From assembly GCA_016125355.1 (NCBI GenBank), contig WGLX01000010.1:58402-122401 (forward strand): a stretch of 64,000 nt of DNA. The letters are read 5' to 3'. The notes under the pieces are model-generated. The model had not been told where the DNA came from, ran no database searches, and saw only the letters and a list, made by a program, of their open reading frames with translations. Shown here in pieces: positions 56,261-64,000 of this stretch; the stretch's first letter is position 1, and each line of letters starts with the position of its first letter. The DNA comes from Actinomycetales bacterium. Its GTDB lineage: Bacteria > Actinomycetota > Actinomycetes > S36-B12. A program made the position numbers and the translations under genes.

Positions 56261-57139
56261 CTAGTGCTCGGCGCGGCTGGACAGGAGTGCCCCCACCAGC
56301 GCGAGTGCGGAGCCGACGAGGGCACCGGGTGTGGGCGTCTCATTTGCGAACGCCACCCCTAGAACGATGGCGACGATCGGGATGAGGTAGACGGCCGTGG
56401 CTCCCCGCGTCGCGCCTGCCCGGCCCACCAGGGTCGTGAAGGCCACGTACGCGACGCCGGTCGACAGCACTCCCAGAAGGATGACGGCGAGCGTGCTGCT
56501 GACCACGTGGGGCCCTCTGGTCAGATGCCGCGCCGACCAGAGTCCCAGGGGTGAGACGAGCACCAGGGCCACGATCATCGCGCGGAGGACCACGGCGAGG
56601 CCGCCATACCGCTGCTGGAGGGGCACGGCCAGGTTCACCGAGACCGAGTAGCAGGCCACGGCGATCAGGATCAGCGCGATGCCCCACGCCGAGGTGGGCT
56701 GGCTCCGGTCGATCGAGGACAGGGCGATGATCACGATGCCCGCGAAGCCGACGACCAGTCCGGCGACCTGCCGTCCCCGGTGTCGTCGGCGGAGGAGGTA
56801 CGCCGCCAGGGCGGCCGTCAGCAGGGGCTGCGCCCCCGTGAGCATGCCCGCGACGGAGGAGTCCACGGACTGCTGGGCGATCGGGAAGAGGGACAGCGGC
56901 ACCGCGATCCACAGGGTGCCGAGCAGGGCGATGCGTGGCCAGTCGGCCCTGGCCACCCGGACTCGCCGGGCCGCGGGTACGGCGGCCAGGACGAGCGCGC
57001 CGAACAGGATCCTCAGGAAGGTGATGAGCGCCGGGCTGAAGGTCTCCAGGCCGATGGCGATCATGAGGTAGGGAGCGCCCCACATCAGCGCCACCCCGAC
57101 GAACAGGGCCCACTCCTGCGCGCCGAAGGCTCCGGGCAT
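56261..57139 (-). CDS. DMT/EamA family transporter
   Basis: LMWGAPY, FLRILFG, VDSSVAGML, GLVVGFAGI, LGVLSTGVAY, YLIPIVA; about 10 TM helices; start uncertain (57139 or about 57208). Confidence 0.88.
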   Translation of the reverse strand: MPGAFGAQEWALFVGVALMWGAPYLMIAIGLETFSPALITFLRILFGALVLAAVPAARRVRVARADWPRIALLGTLWIAVPLSLFPIAQQSVDSSVAGMLTGAQPLLTAALAAYLLRRRHRGRQVAGLVVGFAGIVIIALSSIDRSQPTSAWGIALILIAVACYSVSVNLAVPLQQRYGGLAVVLRAMIVALVLVSPLGLWSARHLTRGPHVVSSTLAVILLGVLSTGVAYVAFTTLVGRAGATRGATAVYLIPIVAIVLGVAFANETPTPGALVGSALALVGALLSSRAEH

Positions 57140-57275
57140 GGAGCCGGTGCTCGTGCCGAGGATGCCTGGACGGGGCGTGCGGCCTGGGGTGTCGATGGGC
57201 GCCATCATGTCAGGGAGGCCGTCGCGCAACGGTCGCCCTGCTAGCGTGCCCGCAACGCCCCAGGAGGTCCGCGAC

Positions 57276-58187
57276 GTGTCCATCAGCCTGGACGGGCCAC
57301 TCGGTCCGCTGCCCACCCGGATCCTGCTCCCTGCGGACTCCGCCCTTCCCCGCGGAGCCACGAACGCCGCAGGCCCGCCCGCGGACGACACCCGGCGCGG
57401 GGTGGATTCGGCCGACGTCTGGACGGACCCGTACCTCAGCCCCCTCGTGACGCTGCGCGATGAGCGCGACGCGAACGCGTGGTTCCACTTCTGCCACGGG
57501 CACCACCTGGAGTTCCTGTACTGGGAGGCGACCATCGTCGCGTGCGACCGGGCGACCGAGGCGACGCAGGCCGGCGACCGCGATGTCGCGGGGGAGTGGG
57601 TGGACCGGGTGTGCACGCTCATCCGGGGCAGTGCGGCCATGCTGTCCTTCTGCGGCGCGTTCGACACCGAGGTCTACGACCCGCTGCTGCGCGTTTCGAT
57701 GGCGGCGCAACGGGATGACTTCAGCGGCGACATGTCGATCGACTTCCTGCGGATGATGAAGGCGAAGCACGCTCTCGTCAGCGCCCTCGGCGAGGCCGGT
57801 CTCGGGCATGCCCCCATCCGCCACGCGCTCTCCGACGCCGAGAAGCACTGGTACGCGCAGCATGGCGAGGTGGTGCTGGCGCTGCATCCAGGGGACTCAC
57901 TGCTCAAGGAGAAGATCGACGGCCTCAAGCGGCACAGCCCCGACTTCGACTACAAGGCGTACATCGACTCCGTGGTGCGCAGTGAGCAGGCCACCCGTGA
58001 CTACGACAGCTACTTCGGCGTCGAGCGGACGGACGACATCTCACCCGCCGACTACTGGACGCAGGCCGTGGCCAAGGTGGACGTCGTCCACCACCACTTC
58101 GAGCTGACGGAGGCGGATCGTCAGGCGCTGCTGCGGTGCGACGCCCTCCTGCTGACCATCATCGCCGAGCAGCTCGCCGGAGCCTAG
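57276..58187 (+). CDS. LmbB2/TyrH-like heme-dependent aromatic hydroxylase homolog
   Basis: WFHFCHGHHLEFLYW, RGSAAML, VYDPLLRVSM, FSGDMSIDF, QHGEVVLALHPGDSLL, YDSYFGVER resemble LmbB2-family blocks as recalled; AGGAGG RBS before GTG 57276. Confidence 0.65.
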   Translation: MSISLDGPLGPLPTRILLPADSALPRGATNAAGPPADDTRRGVDSADVWTDPYLSPLVTLRDERDANAWFHFCHGHHLEFLYWEATIVACDRATEATQAGDRDVAGEWVDRVCTLIRGSAAMLSFCGAFDTEVYDPLLRVSMAAQRDDFSGDMSIDFLRMMKAKHALVSALGEAGLGHAPIRHALSDAEKHWYAQHGEVVLALHPGDSLLKEKIDGLKRHSPDFDYKAYIDSVVRSEQATRDYDSYFGVERTDDISPADYWTQAVAKVDVVHHHFELTEADRQALLRCDALLLTIIAEQLAGA

Positions 58188-59059
58188 GCCTGGGCGAGGG
58201 TGCCGAGGTAGAGGTGCACGACCTTCGGGTCGGTGGCCAGCTGTCGACCGGTGCCCGTGTAGGCGTTGCGCCCCTGGTCGAGGACGTAGCCGCGGTCGAC
58301 GATCTGCAGGCAGCGCATGGCGTTCTGCTCCACGATGATGACGGTCACGCCGGTGGCGTTGATCTCCTTCACGCGGACGAAGACCTCATCCGTGAGCAGC
58401 GGGGACAGGCCGGCGGAGGGCTCGTCGAGCAGCAGCACCGACGGGTCCATCATGAGCGCGCGGCCCATGGCCACCATCTGGCGCTCACCACCGGACAGCT
58501 GGCCGGCTCGCTGGCCCCGGCGTTCGCCGAGGGCGGGGAAAAGGTCGCACACGAAGTCGAAGCGCTCCCGGAACTTCTTGGGCTCCTGGTAGCAGCCCAT
58601 CTCCAGGTTCTCCTGGATGGTCAGCGACGGGAAGACGTTGTTCGTCTGGGGGACGAAGCCGATGCCCATCGACACGAGCCGGTCGGCACGGACGTTGGTG
58701 ATGTCCTCGCCCGCCAGCGTGACCTGACCCGAGTGCACGCGCACGAGGCCGAAGAGCGCCTTGAGGAGCGTCGACTTGCCCGCTCCGTTCGGGCCGATGA
58801 TGCCCACCAGCTCGCCGCGGCGCGCGTAGAGGTCGCAGCCGTCGAGGATGTTGACCCCGGGGAGGTAGCCGGCGACGAGGTCATCGGCCACGATGACGGC
58901 TTCCTTCGCCCCCTCGATGTGCGCGTTCCGGTCGTTGATCTCGGAGTTGCTGAGGGTGCGCGGCTCCTCCCGCTGCGCGGCGTCGAGATCGAGCGCCTCC
59001 TCGCGTTCGTGCTGGCTGACGAAGTGCGGGCGATCGCCCGGCAGCATGTCGTCGCTCAT
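58184..59059 (-). CDS. livF: Branched-chain amino acid ABC transporter ATP-binding protein (LivF-like)
   Basis: GPNGAGKST, LSGGERQMVAMGRAL, LLDEPSAGL, VEQN. Confidence 0.9.
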   Translation of the reverse strand: MSDDMLPGDRPHFVSQHEREEALDLDAAQREEPRTLSNSEINDRNAHIEGAKEAVIVADDLVAGYLPGVNILDGCDLYARRGELVGIIGPNGAGKSTLLKALFGLVRVHSGQVTLAGEDITNVRADRLVSMGIGFVPQTNNVFPSLTIQENLEMGCYQEPKKFRERFDFVCDLFPALGERRGQRAGQLSGGERQMVAMGRALMMDPSVLLLDEPSAGLSPLLTDEVFVRVKEINATGVTVIIVEQNAMRCLQIVDRGYVLDQGRNAYTGTGRQLATDPKVVHLYLGTLAQA

Positions 59060-59964
59060 GTGCCACTCGCCTCCTCGGTGAAGGACACGCCGCTGTCAGT
59101 GAGGGCCTTGTCGTGGTGGCCGCCCAGGTAGGCGCTGATGACTGCCTCGTTCCGCATGACCTCGCCAGGCGGTCCCTCAGCGATCACCGAGCCCTGGGCC
59201 ATGACGATGACCCAGTCGCTGATGTCGCGGACGACGTCCATGTCGTGCTCGACGAACAGCACCGTCATGCCCTGTTCGCGTAGGCCCTTGATGTGCTCGA
59301 GGAGCGACTGGGTGAGGGCGGGGTTCACGCCGGCCATCGGCTCGTCGAGCATGACCATGGTGGGATCGGTCATCAGCGAGCGGGCCATCTCGAGCAGCTT
59401 GCGCTGGCCGCCGGACAGCGAGCCCGCGAAGTCCTCCCGCTTCTCCAGCAGCTTGAAGCGGGCCAGCAGCTCATCCGCCTGGGCCGTGACCGTCTTCTCC
59501 TGGCCGCGCCAGAGCCCGAGCAGCGCCTGCAGCATGCGTTCGCCGACCTGGTGAGTGGCGCCGAGGCGCATGTTGTCGATGACCGTCATCTTCGACAGGG
59601 CCTTGGTCAGCTGGAAGGTCCGGACCATGCCCATGCGGGCCACGCGGTAGGAGGGAACGCCCGCGAGATCCTTGCCGTTGAAGAGCCAACTCCCCGTGTC
59701 CGGGGTGTCGAACCCGGTGAGCAGGTTGAAGAAGGTGGTCTTGCCGGCACCGTTGGGGCCGACGAGGGCGGTGATGGATCCGCGCTGGATCTCCACATGG
59801 GAGACGTCGACGGCCTTGAGACCGCCGAAGCTCCTCGTGACGTGGTCGGCGACCAGGATGGGGTCGGGCTTCGGTACCCCCGGCTCGCGAGGCACGTCGG
59901 CGAGGATGCGCATGGCCTCCTCGTGCCGCGACATGGCTGCGGGCGTGCTGGCGTTATCGGGCAT
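59056..59964 (-). CDS. livG: Branched-chain amino acid ABC transporter ATP-binding protein (LivG-like)
   Basis: FGGLKAV, GPNGAGKTT, RTFQ, LSGGQRKLLE, LDEPMAG, VEHDM, AYLG. Confidence 0.9.
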   Translation of the reverse strand: MPDNASTPAAMSRHEEAMRILADVPREPGVPKPDPILVADHVTRSFGGLKAVDVSHVEIQRGSITALVGPNGAGKTTFFNLLTGFDTPDTGSWLFNGKDLAGVPSYRVARMGMVRTFQLTKALSKMTVIDNMRLGATHQVGERMLQALLGLWRGQEKTVTAQADELLARFKLLEKREDFAGSLSGGQRKLLEMARSLMTDPTMVMLDEPMAGVNPALTQSLLEHIKGLREQGMTVLFVEHDMDVVRDISDWVIVMAQGSVIAEGPPGEVMRNEAVISAYLGGHHDKALTDSGVSFTEEASGT

Positions 59965-60949
59965 CGAGCGCCAACTCCCTTCGATCGCCGAGGATTCCCT
60001 GTGGACGGTAGATCATCAGAAGCATCAGGCCCAAGCCCACGAGCATGACGCGGAGGACAGCAGCCTGGGTGCCGTCCATGAGCGACACGATGGGCACACC
60101 GGCGTCGATGGCCTGTCGCAGGAAGACGTCCGTGCCCTGGAAGAGGGCCCAGAAGATGACGGTTCCCAGGACCGGACCGAAGACGCGGGCCGCGCCGCCG
60201 AGGATCAGGATCGCGTAGGCGAAGAAGGTCGCATCCGTCTTGAAGGAGTCGGGGTTGACGTTCTGTGCGCCGACCGCGGTGATGAAGCCGGCCAGGGCAC
60301 CGAACAGGCCGCCCAGCACGAGGGCCTGCATCTTGTAGACGAACACGTTCTTGCCGAGGCTGCGGACCGCATCCTCGTCCTCACGGATGCCCTTCACCAC
60401 GCGACCCCAGGGCGAGCGCACGAGCAGCCACACCACCAGACAGGCCAGGGCGACGAGCGACCAGCCCACGATGTACGTGAACAGCTGGCTCTCGTTGACC
60501 ACGGCCGGCCCGATCCGCAGGTCTGCGTCTGGAGGCAGGAAATTCATGGCGAAGAAGCCGTCCGCGAACGCCTGCTTGCCGTCCGAGCCGCCGAAGAAGT
60601 CCTTGAAGGTGACGGACCGCAGGATGAGGCGGATGATCTCGGCCGCGGCAATGGTGACGATGGCGAGGTAGTCGGCGCGGAGCCGCAGCGTGGGCACACC
60701 GAGCAGCAGGGCCAGGATGACAGCGCCGATGAGGCCGAACACGACACCCCACCAGAAGCTCATATTGAGCTCGACGACGGTCACGGCCACGGCATAGCCG
60801 CCCACCGCCATGAACGCCGCCTGGCCGAAGTTGAGCAGGCCCGTGTAGCCGAACTGGACGTTGATGCCGATGGCCGCGAGGCCGAAGACGATCGCCTGCA
60901 GGCCGAAGGCCGACGTGACCATCACCGCGAAGATGTAGGACCAATCCAT
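59954..60949 (-). CDS. livM: Branched-chain amino acid ABC permease (LivM-like)
   Basis: GYTGLLNFGQAAF, LRLRADYLAIVT, SPWGR, IREDEDA, RPQGILG. Confidence 0.9.
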   Translation of the reverse strand: MDWSYIFAVMVTSAFGLQAIVFGLAAIGINVQFGYTGLLNFGQAAFMAVGGYAVAVTVVELNMSFWWGVVFGLIGAVILALLLGVPTLRLRADYLAIVTIAAAEIIRLILRSVTFKDFFGGSDGKQAFADGFFAMNFLPPDADLRIGPAVVNESQLFTYIVGWSLVALACLVVWLLVRSPWGRVVKGIREDEDAVRSLGKNVFVYKMQALVLGGLFGALAGFITAVGAQNVNPDSFKTDATFFAYAILILGGAARVFGPVLGTVIFWALFQGTDVFLRQAIDAGVPIVSLMDGTQAAVLRVMLVGLGLMLLMIYRPQGILGDRRELALDAR

Positions 60950-60959
60950 GTCAAACCCC

Positions 60960-62243
60960 CTAACCGATGCGCTCTCGGCGGCCGAGGAGGCCGTACGGAC
61001 GGACGAGCAGGATGACGATCAGCACCAGCAGGGCTCCGACGTTCTTGAGCTCGGTGGGGACGATCAGGGTCGTCAACTGGATGAACAGGCCGACGACAAG
61101 GGAGCCGAAGATCGCGCCGGCGATCGTGCCGAGGCCACCGAGGGTGACGGCGGCGAAGACGAGCAGCAGGATCTGGAAGCCCATCTGGAAGGACACCTGC
61201 TGGGTGAAGCCCAGCAGCATGCCGCCAAGGCCGGCGAGGGCTGCGCCGATCACCCACACGAAGGTGATCACGCGCTCGACGTTGATGCCCGCGCCGGCGG
61301 CCAGGCTGGGGTTGTCGGACACCGCGCGCGTGGCCTTGCCCAGCCGGGACTTGCTGAGGACCAGCACCGTGGCCACGAGGGCGAGGATCGCCGTGATGAA
61401 GATCCCGATGTCCGTGGGGGTCACCGATACCGGGCCGATCGACATGCCGGCGAGTCCGGCGTACTCGGTGTACGACTTCTTGTCGCCGCCGACGAAGAAC
61501 TGGAACAGGTTGCGCAGGAAGAGGGCGAGGCCGATCGAGACGATCATCATGGCGATCAGGCCGGTCCCGCGTTTGCGCAGCGGTCTCCATAGGGCTGCGT
61601 TGTTCAGCCAGCCGAAGGCCGCTGACAGCAGCAGGCCGCCGATGGCGGCCAGGAAGAAGTTGAGGCCGAGGCCGGCGTTCAGCACCCAGGTGGAGAGGGC
61701 GCCGAAGGTGATGATCTCGCCGTGGGCGAAGTTCACCAGTCCGGTCGTGCCGTAGATGATCGACAGGCCCAGCGCGCCGAGCGCGATGAGCAGGCCGAAC
61801 TCGAGTCCGGACACAGTCAGCTGCGCTGCCTGCTCCCAGACCGAGGTGGTGGTGGCGGTGCTCTGCCCGAGCGGGAAGGTCACCGTCTTCAGGCCGTTGA
61901 ACAGGGGCGGCTTGACCGGCACCTGCTCGATGGTGACCTTGTCCTCCTCGGTGAGGGCGACGCCCTCCGGCAGGGTGCTGACGTCGATGGTGACGTCGTA
62001 GTTGCCCAGTGCCGGGACGGGTACCTCCCACTTGCCATCAGGTCCGCTGGTAGCCGATCCCTCGAAGCCGTTGCCGGTGACGGTGATGACGACGCCCTCC
62101 ACCGGCGTCTTCTTCCCATCCACGCGGTTCTCGAGCTGGCCGCCGATCCGCTCACCGTCAGCCGCCGCCGGGTTGGCGAAGGCCAGAAGTGCGACGAGTG
62201 CGACGAGCACGGCCCCGAGGGCGGCGGTCACGCGTCGGTGCAC
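60960..62243 (-). CDS. livH: Branched-chain amino acid ABC permease (LivH-like) with N-terminal extracytoplasmic domain
   Basis: ALGLSIIYGTTGLVNFAHGE, RAVSDNPSLA, VTLGGLG, RPYGLLG; start taken as GTG 62243 after a GGAGGA RBS. Confidence 0.88.
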   Translation of the reverse strand: MHRRVTAALGAVLVALVALLAFANPAAADGERIGGQLENRVDGKKTPVEGVVITVTGNGFEGSATSGPDGKWEVPVPALGNYDVTIDVSTLPEGVALTEEDKVTIEQVPVKPPLFNGLKTVTFPLGQSTATTTSVWEQAAQLTVSGLEFGLLIALGALGLSIIYGTTGLVNFAHGEIITFGALSTWVLNAGLGLNFFLAAIGGLLLSAAFGWLNNAALWRPLRKRGTGLIAMMIVSIGLALFLRNLFQFFVGGDKKSYTEYAGLAGMSIGPVSVTPTDIGIFITAILALVATVLVLSKSRLGKATRAVSDNPSLAAGAGINVERVITFVWVIGAALAGLGGMLLGFTQQVSFQMGFQILLLVFAAVTLGGLGTIAGAIFGSLVVGLFIQLTTLIVPTELKNVGALLVLIVILLVRPYGLLGRRERIG

Positions 62244-62421
62244 GCTGCGCGCTCCTCCCATGGTCGTTCCGGACGGCATCGGAAGATGCGCCTCGGCTAA
62301 TGGACTTCGGCAGCATATCCACCGAAACGGCGCGCGCACCCGGTATCGGGAATGCAACGAGTTACGGTTTCGTTGCTTTTGGTTCACATGCCGTGGTCGG
62401 CGCGCCCGCGGCTGGATGCGG

Positions 62422-62835
62422 TCAGCGCGCCTCGCGGATGAGGCAGGTGAGGCGGCCGGTGCAGACCGGGCGGCCTTCGTCGTCCGTGATCCTCACCTCG
62501 TACGACGTCACCGTCCGCCCCAGCGACAGTGGCTCGGCCACGGCTGTCACCGTGCCCTCGCGGGCGGCCCGATGGTGGGTGCAGGAGATGTCGAGGCCGA
62601 CCACCATGCGCCCCGCCCCGGCATGCATGGCCGCACCGATGGAGCCCGCGGTCTCCACGAGGACGGCGTTGGCCCCGCCGTGCAGGAGGCCGTACGGCTG
62701 CGTGTTGCCGGCGACGGGCATGGTGATGACGACGCGGGAGGGGCCAGCCTCCACGAGGGTCATCCCCATCGTGGTGGCCAGCGGGCCGAGCGGCGGATCG
62801 ATGAGGTCGGGCGGCGAGGTCTCCGTGGGCGTCAT
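62422..62835 (-). CDS. PaaI/hotdog-fold thioesterase
   Basis: GNTQPYGLLHGGANAVLVET, GLDISCTHHR. Confidence 0.92.
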   Translation of the reverse strand: MTPTETSPPDLIDPPLGPLATTMGMTLVEAGPSRVVITMPVAGNTQPYGLLHGGANAVLVETAGSIGAAMHAGAGRMVVGLDISCTHHRAAREGTVTAVAEPLSLGRTVTSYEVRITDDEGRPVCTGRLTCLIREAR

Positions 62836-62857
62836 GCCCTGAGAATAGGATCTTCGA

Positions 62858-64000
62858 ATGGCCAGCCCCCGGGTCCTCCTCCTTGACGGTCACTCCCTGG
62901 CCTACCGCGCGTTCTACGCGCTGCCGGTGGAGAACTTCTCCACGACGACGGGCCAGCCCACCAATGCGGTCTTCGGGTTCACCTCGATGCTGATCAACGT
63001 CCTGCGCGACGAGCAGCCGACGCACGTGGTCGTGGCCTTCGATGTCTCACGGCAGACGTTCCGCACGGAGGAGTTCCCCGACTACAAGGCGACCCGGTCG
63101 AAGTCGCCCGATGAGTTCAAGGGGCAGGTCGAGCTCATCAAGGAGATCCTGGCGGCGCTGGGCATTCCCGTTCTCGCCGTCGACGGCTACGAGGCCGACG
63201 ACATCATCGCCACGCTCACCGGCCGGGCGCGCAGTCAGGACTGGGACGTCGCGATCGTCACGGGCGACCGTGACGCCTTCCAACTGGTGGACGACCGCGT
63301 CACGGTCCTCTACCCCAAGAAGGGCGTCAGCGACCTCGCGCGCATGACCCCGGCCGCCGTCGAGGAGAAGTACGGGCTCAGCCCGGCGCAGTATCCGGAC
63401 TTCGCGGCCCTGCGAGGCGACCCGAGCGACAACCTGCCGGGCATCCCGGGGGTGGGGGAGAAGACCGCCACCAAGTGGATTCGCGAGTTCGGCTCCCTCG
63501 CCGGCCTGGTCGACCACGTGGACGAGGTCACGGGCAAGGTCGGCGACGCCCTGCGGGTGGCCCTGCCGCAGGTGCTGGTCAACCGGCGGCTCACGAGCCT
63601 GGTCGCGGACGTCCCGGTGGACCTGGACTTCGGCGACGCCGAGCTGACCCCGTGGGACCGGCAGGCCATCGACCAGCTGTTCGACACCCTCCAGTTCCGG
63701 GCCCTGCGCGAGCGGCTCGAGAAGGTGCGTCCCGGAGGCGGGGACGAGCCGGTGCCGGCGACGGAGAGCGGCCAGCCCCTGGCCACCCGGACACTGCTCG
63801 CGCCCGAGGCGGGACCGTGGCTGGCGGCGGTCGAGGGAGTCGCCGCGGTCGCGGCGGCCGGGACCTGGGGTCGGGGCACGGGGGAGATCACGGCGCTCGC
63901 CATCGTCGACGGTCGTGGGGAGGTCGGATACCTCGACCTCATCGACGAGTCGGTGCGCGAGCTCGCGCTCGACTGGCTCGCAGACCCGAGTGCCGCCAAG
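62858..64000 (+). CDS. polA: DNA polymerase I (5' part; runs off the window)
   Basis: Manual translation MASPRVLLLDGHSLAYRAFYALPVENFSTTTGQPTNAVFGF...YEADDIIATL...TGDRD...GDPSDNLPGIPGVGEKTA; TAGGAT -10 6 nt before the ATG. Confidence 0.96.
   Translation, partial: MASPRVLLLDGHSLAYRAFYALPVENFSTTTGQPTNAVFGFTSMLINVLRDEQPTHVVVAFDVSRQTFRTEEFPDYKATRSKSPDEFKGQVELIKEILAALGIPVLAVDGYEADDIIATLTGRARSQDWDVAIVTGDRDAFQLVDDRVTVLYPKKGVSDLARMTPAAVEEKYGLSPAQYPDFAALRGDPSDNLPGIPGVGEKTATKWIREFGSLAGLVDHVDEVTGKVGDALRVALPQVLVNRRLTSLVADVPVDLDFGDAELTPWDRQAIDQLFDTLQFRALRERLEKVRPGGGDEPVPATESGQPLATRTLLAPEAGPWLAAVEGVAAVAAAGTWGRGTGEITALAIVDGRGEVGYLDLIDESVRELALDWLADPSAAK

Overview
A 64-kb high-GC segment of an actinobacterial (Actinomycetota) chromosome, mostly conserved core genes in the expected order. 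From left to right: a Gly/Cys/Val tRNA cluster, pabB/pabC-like pair, tRNA-Val, thrS-HIT, EF-G2, pgsA-patA-pimA, pdxST-yebC-ruvCAB (with a LexA box), yajC-secDF-apt-relA, ppiB, hisS-aspS, rarA, alaS-ruvX-mltG-aroE-aroC-aroK-aroB-aroQ-pepQ-efp-nusB, tRNA-Leu, pdtaR, a liv-type ABC transporter, a PaaI thioesterase and the 5' part of polA. No prophage, transposase, integrase or CRISPR-Cas is visible. The most notable items are: (1) a Leu/Ile/Val-family lipoprotein solute-binding protein whose two halves are in swapped order, an apparent natural circular permutation (54824-56200); (2) a stand-alone LmbB2/TyrH-like heme aromatic hydroxylase homolog, divergently paired with an EamA exporter and inserted in the ABC locus (56261-58187); (3) an ODP di-iron sensor-GGDEF fusion plus a FUSC-like gene splitting the tRNA cluster; (4) a 194-bp element with perfect 30-bp terminal inverted repeats after relA; (5) a 46-bp duplication of the tRNA-Leu 3' end beside an orphan HTH gene with an operator-like promoter. 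All family assignments come from motif recognition by eye, and no database searches were run.
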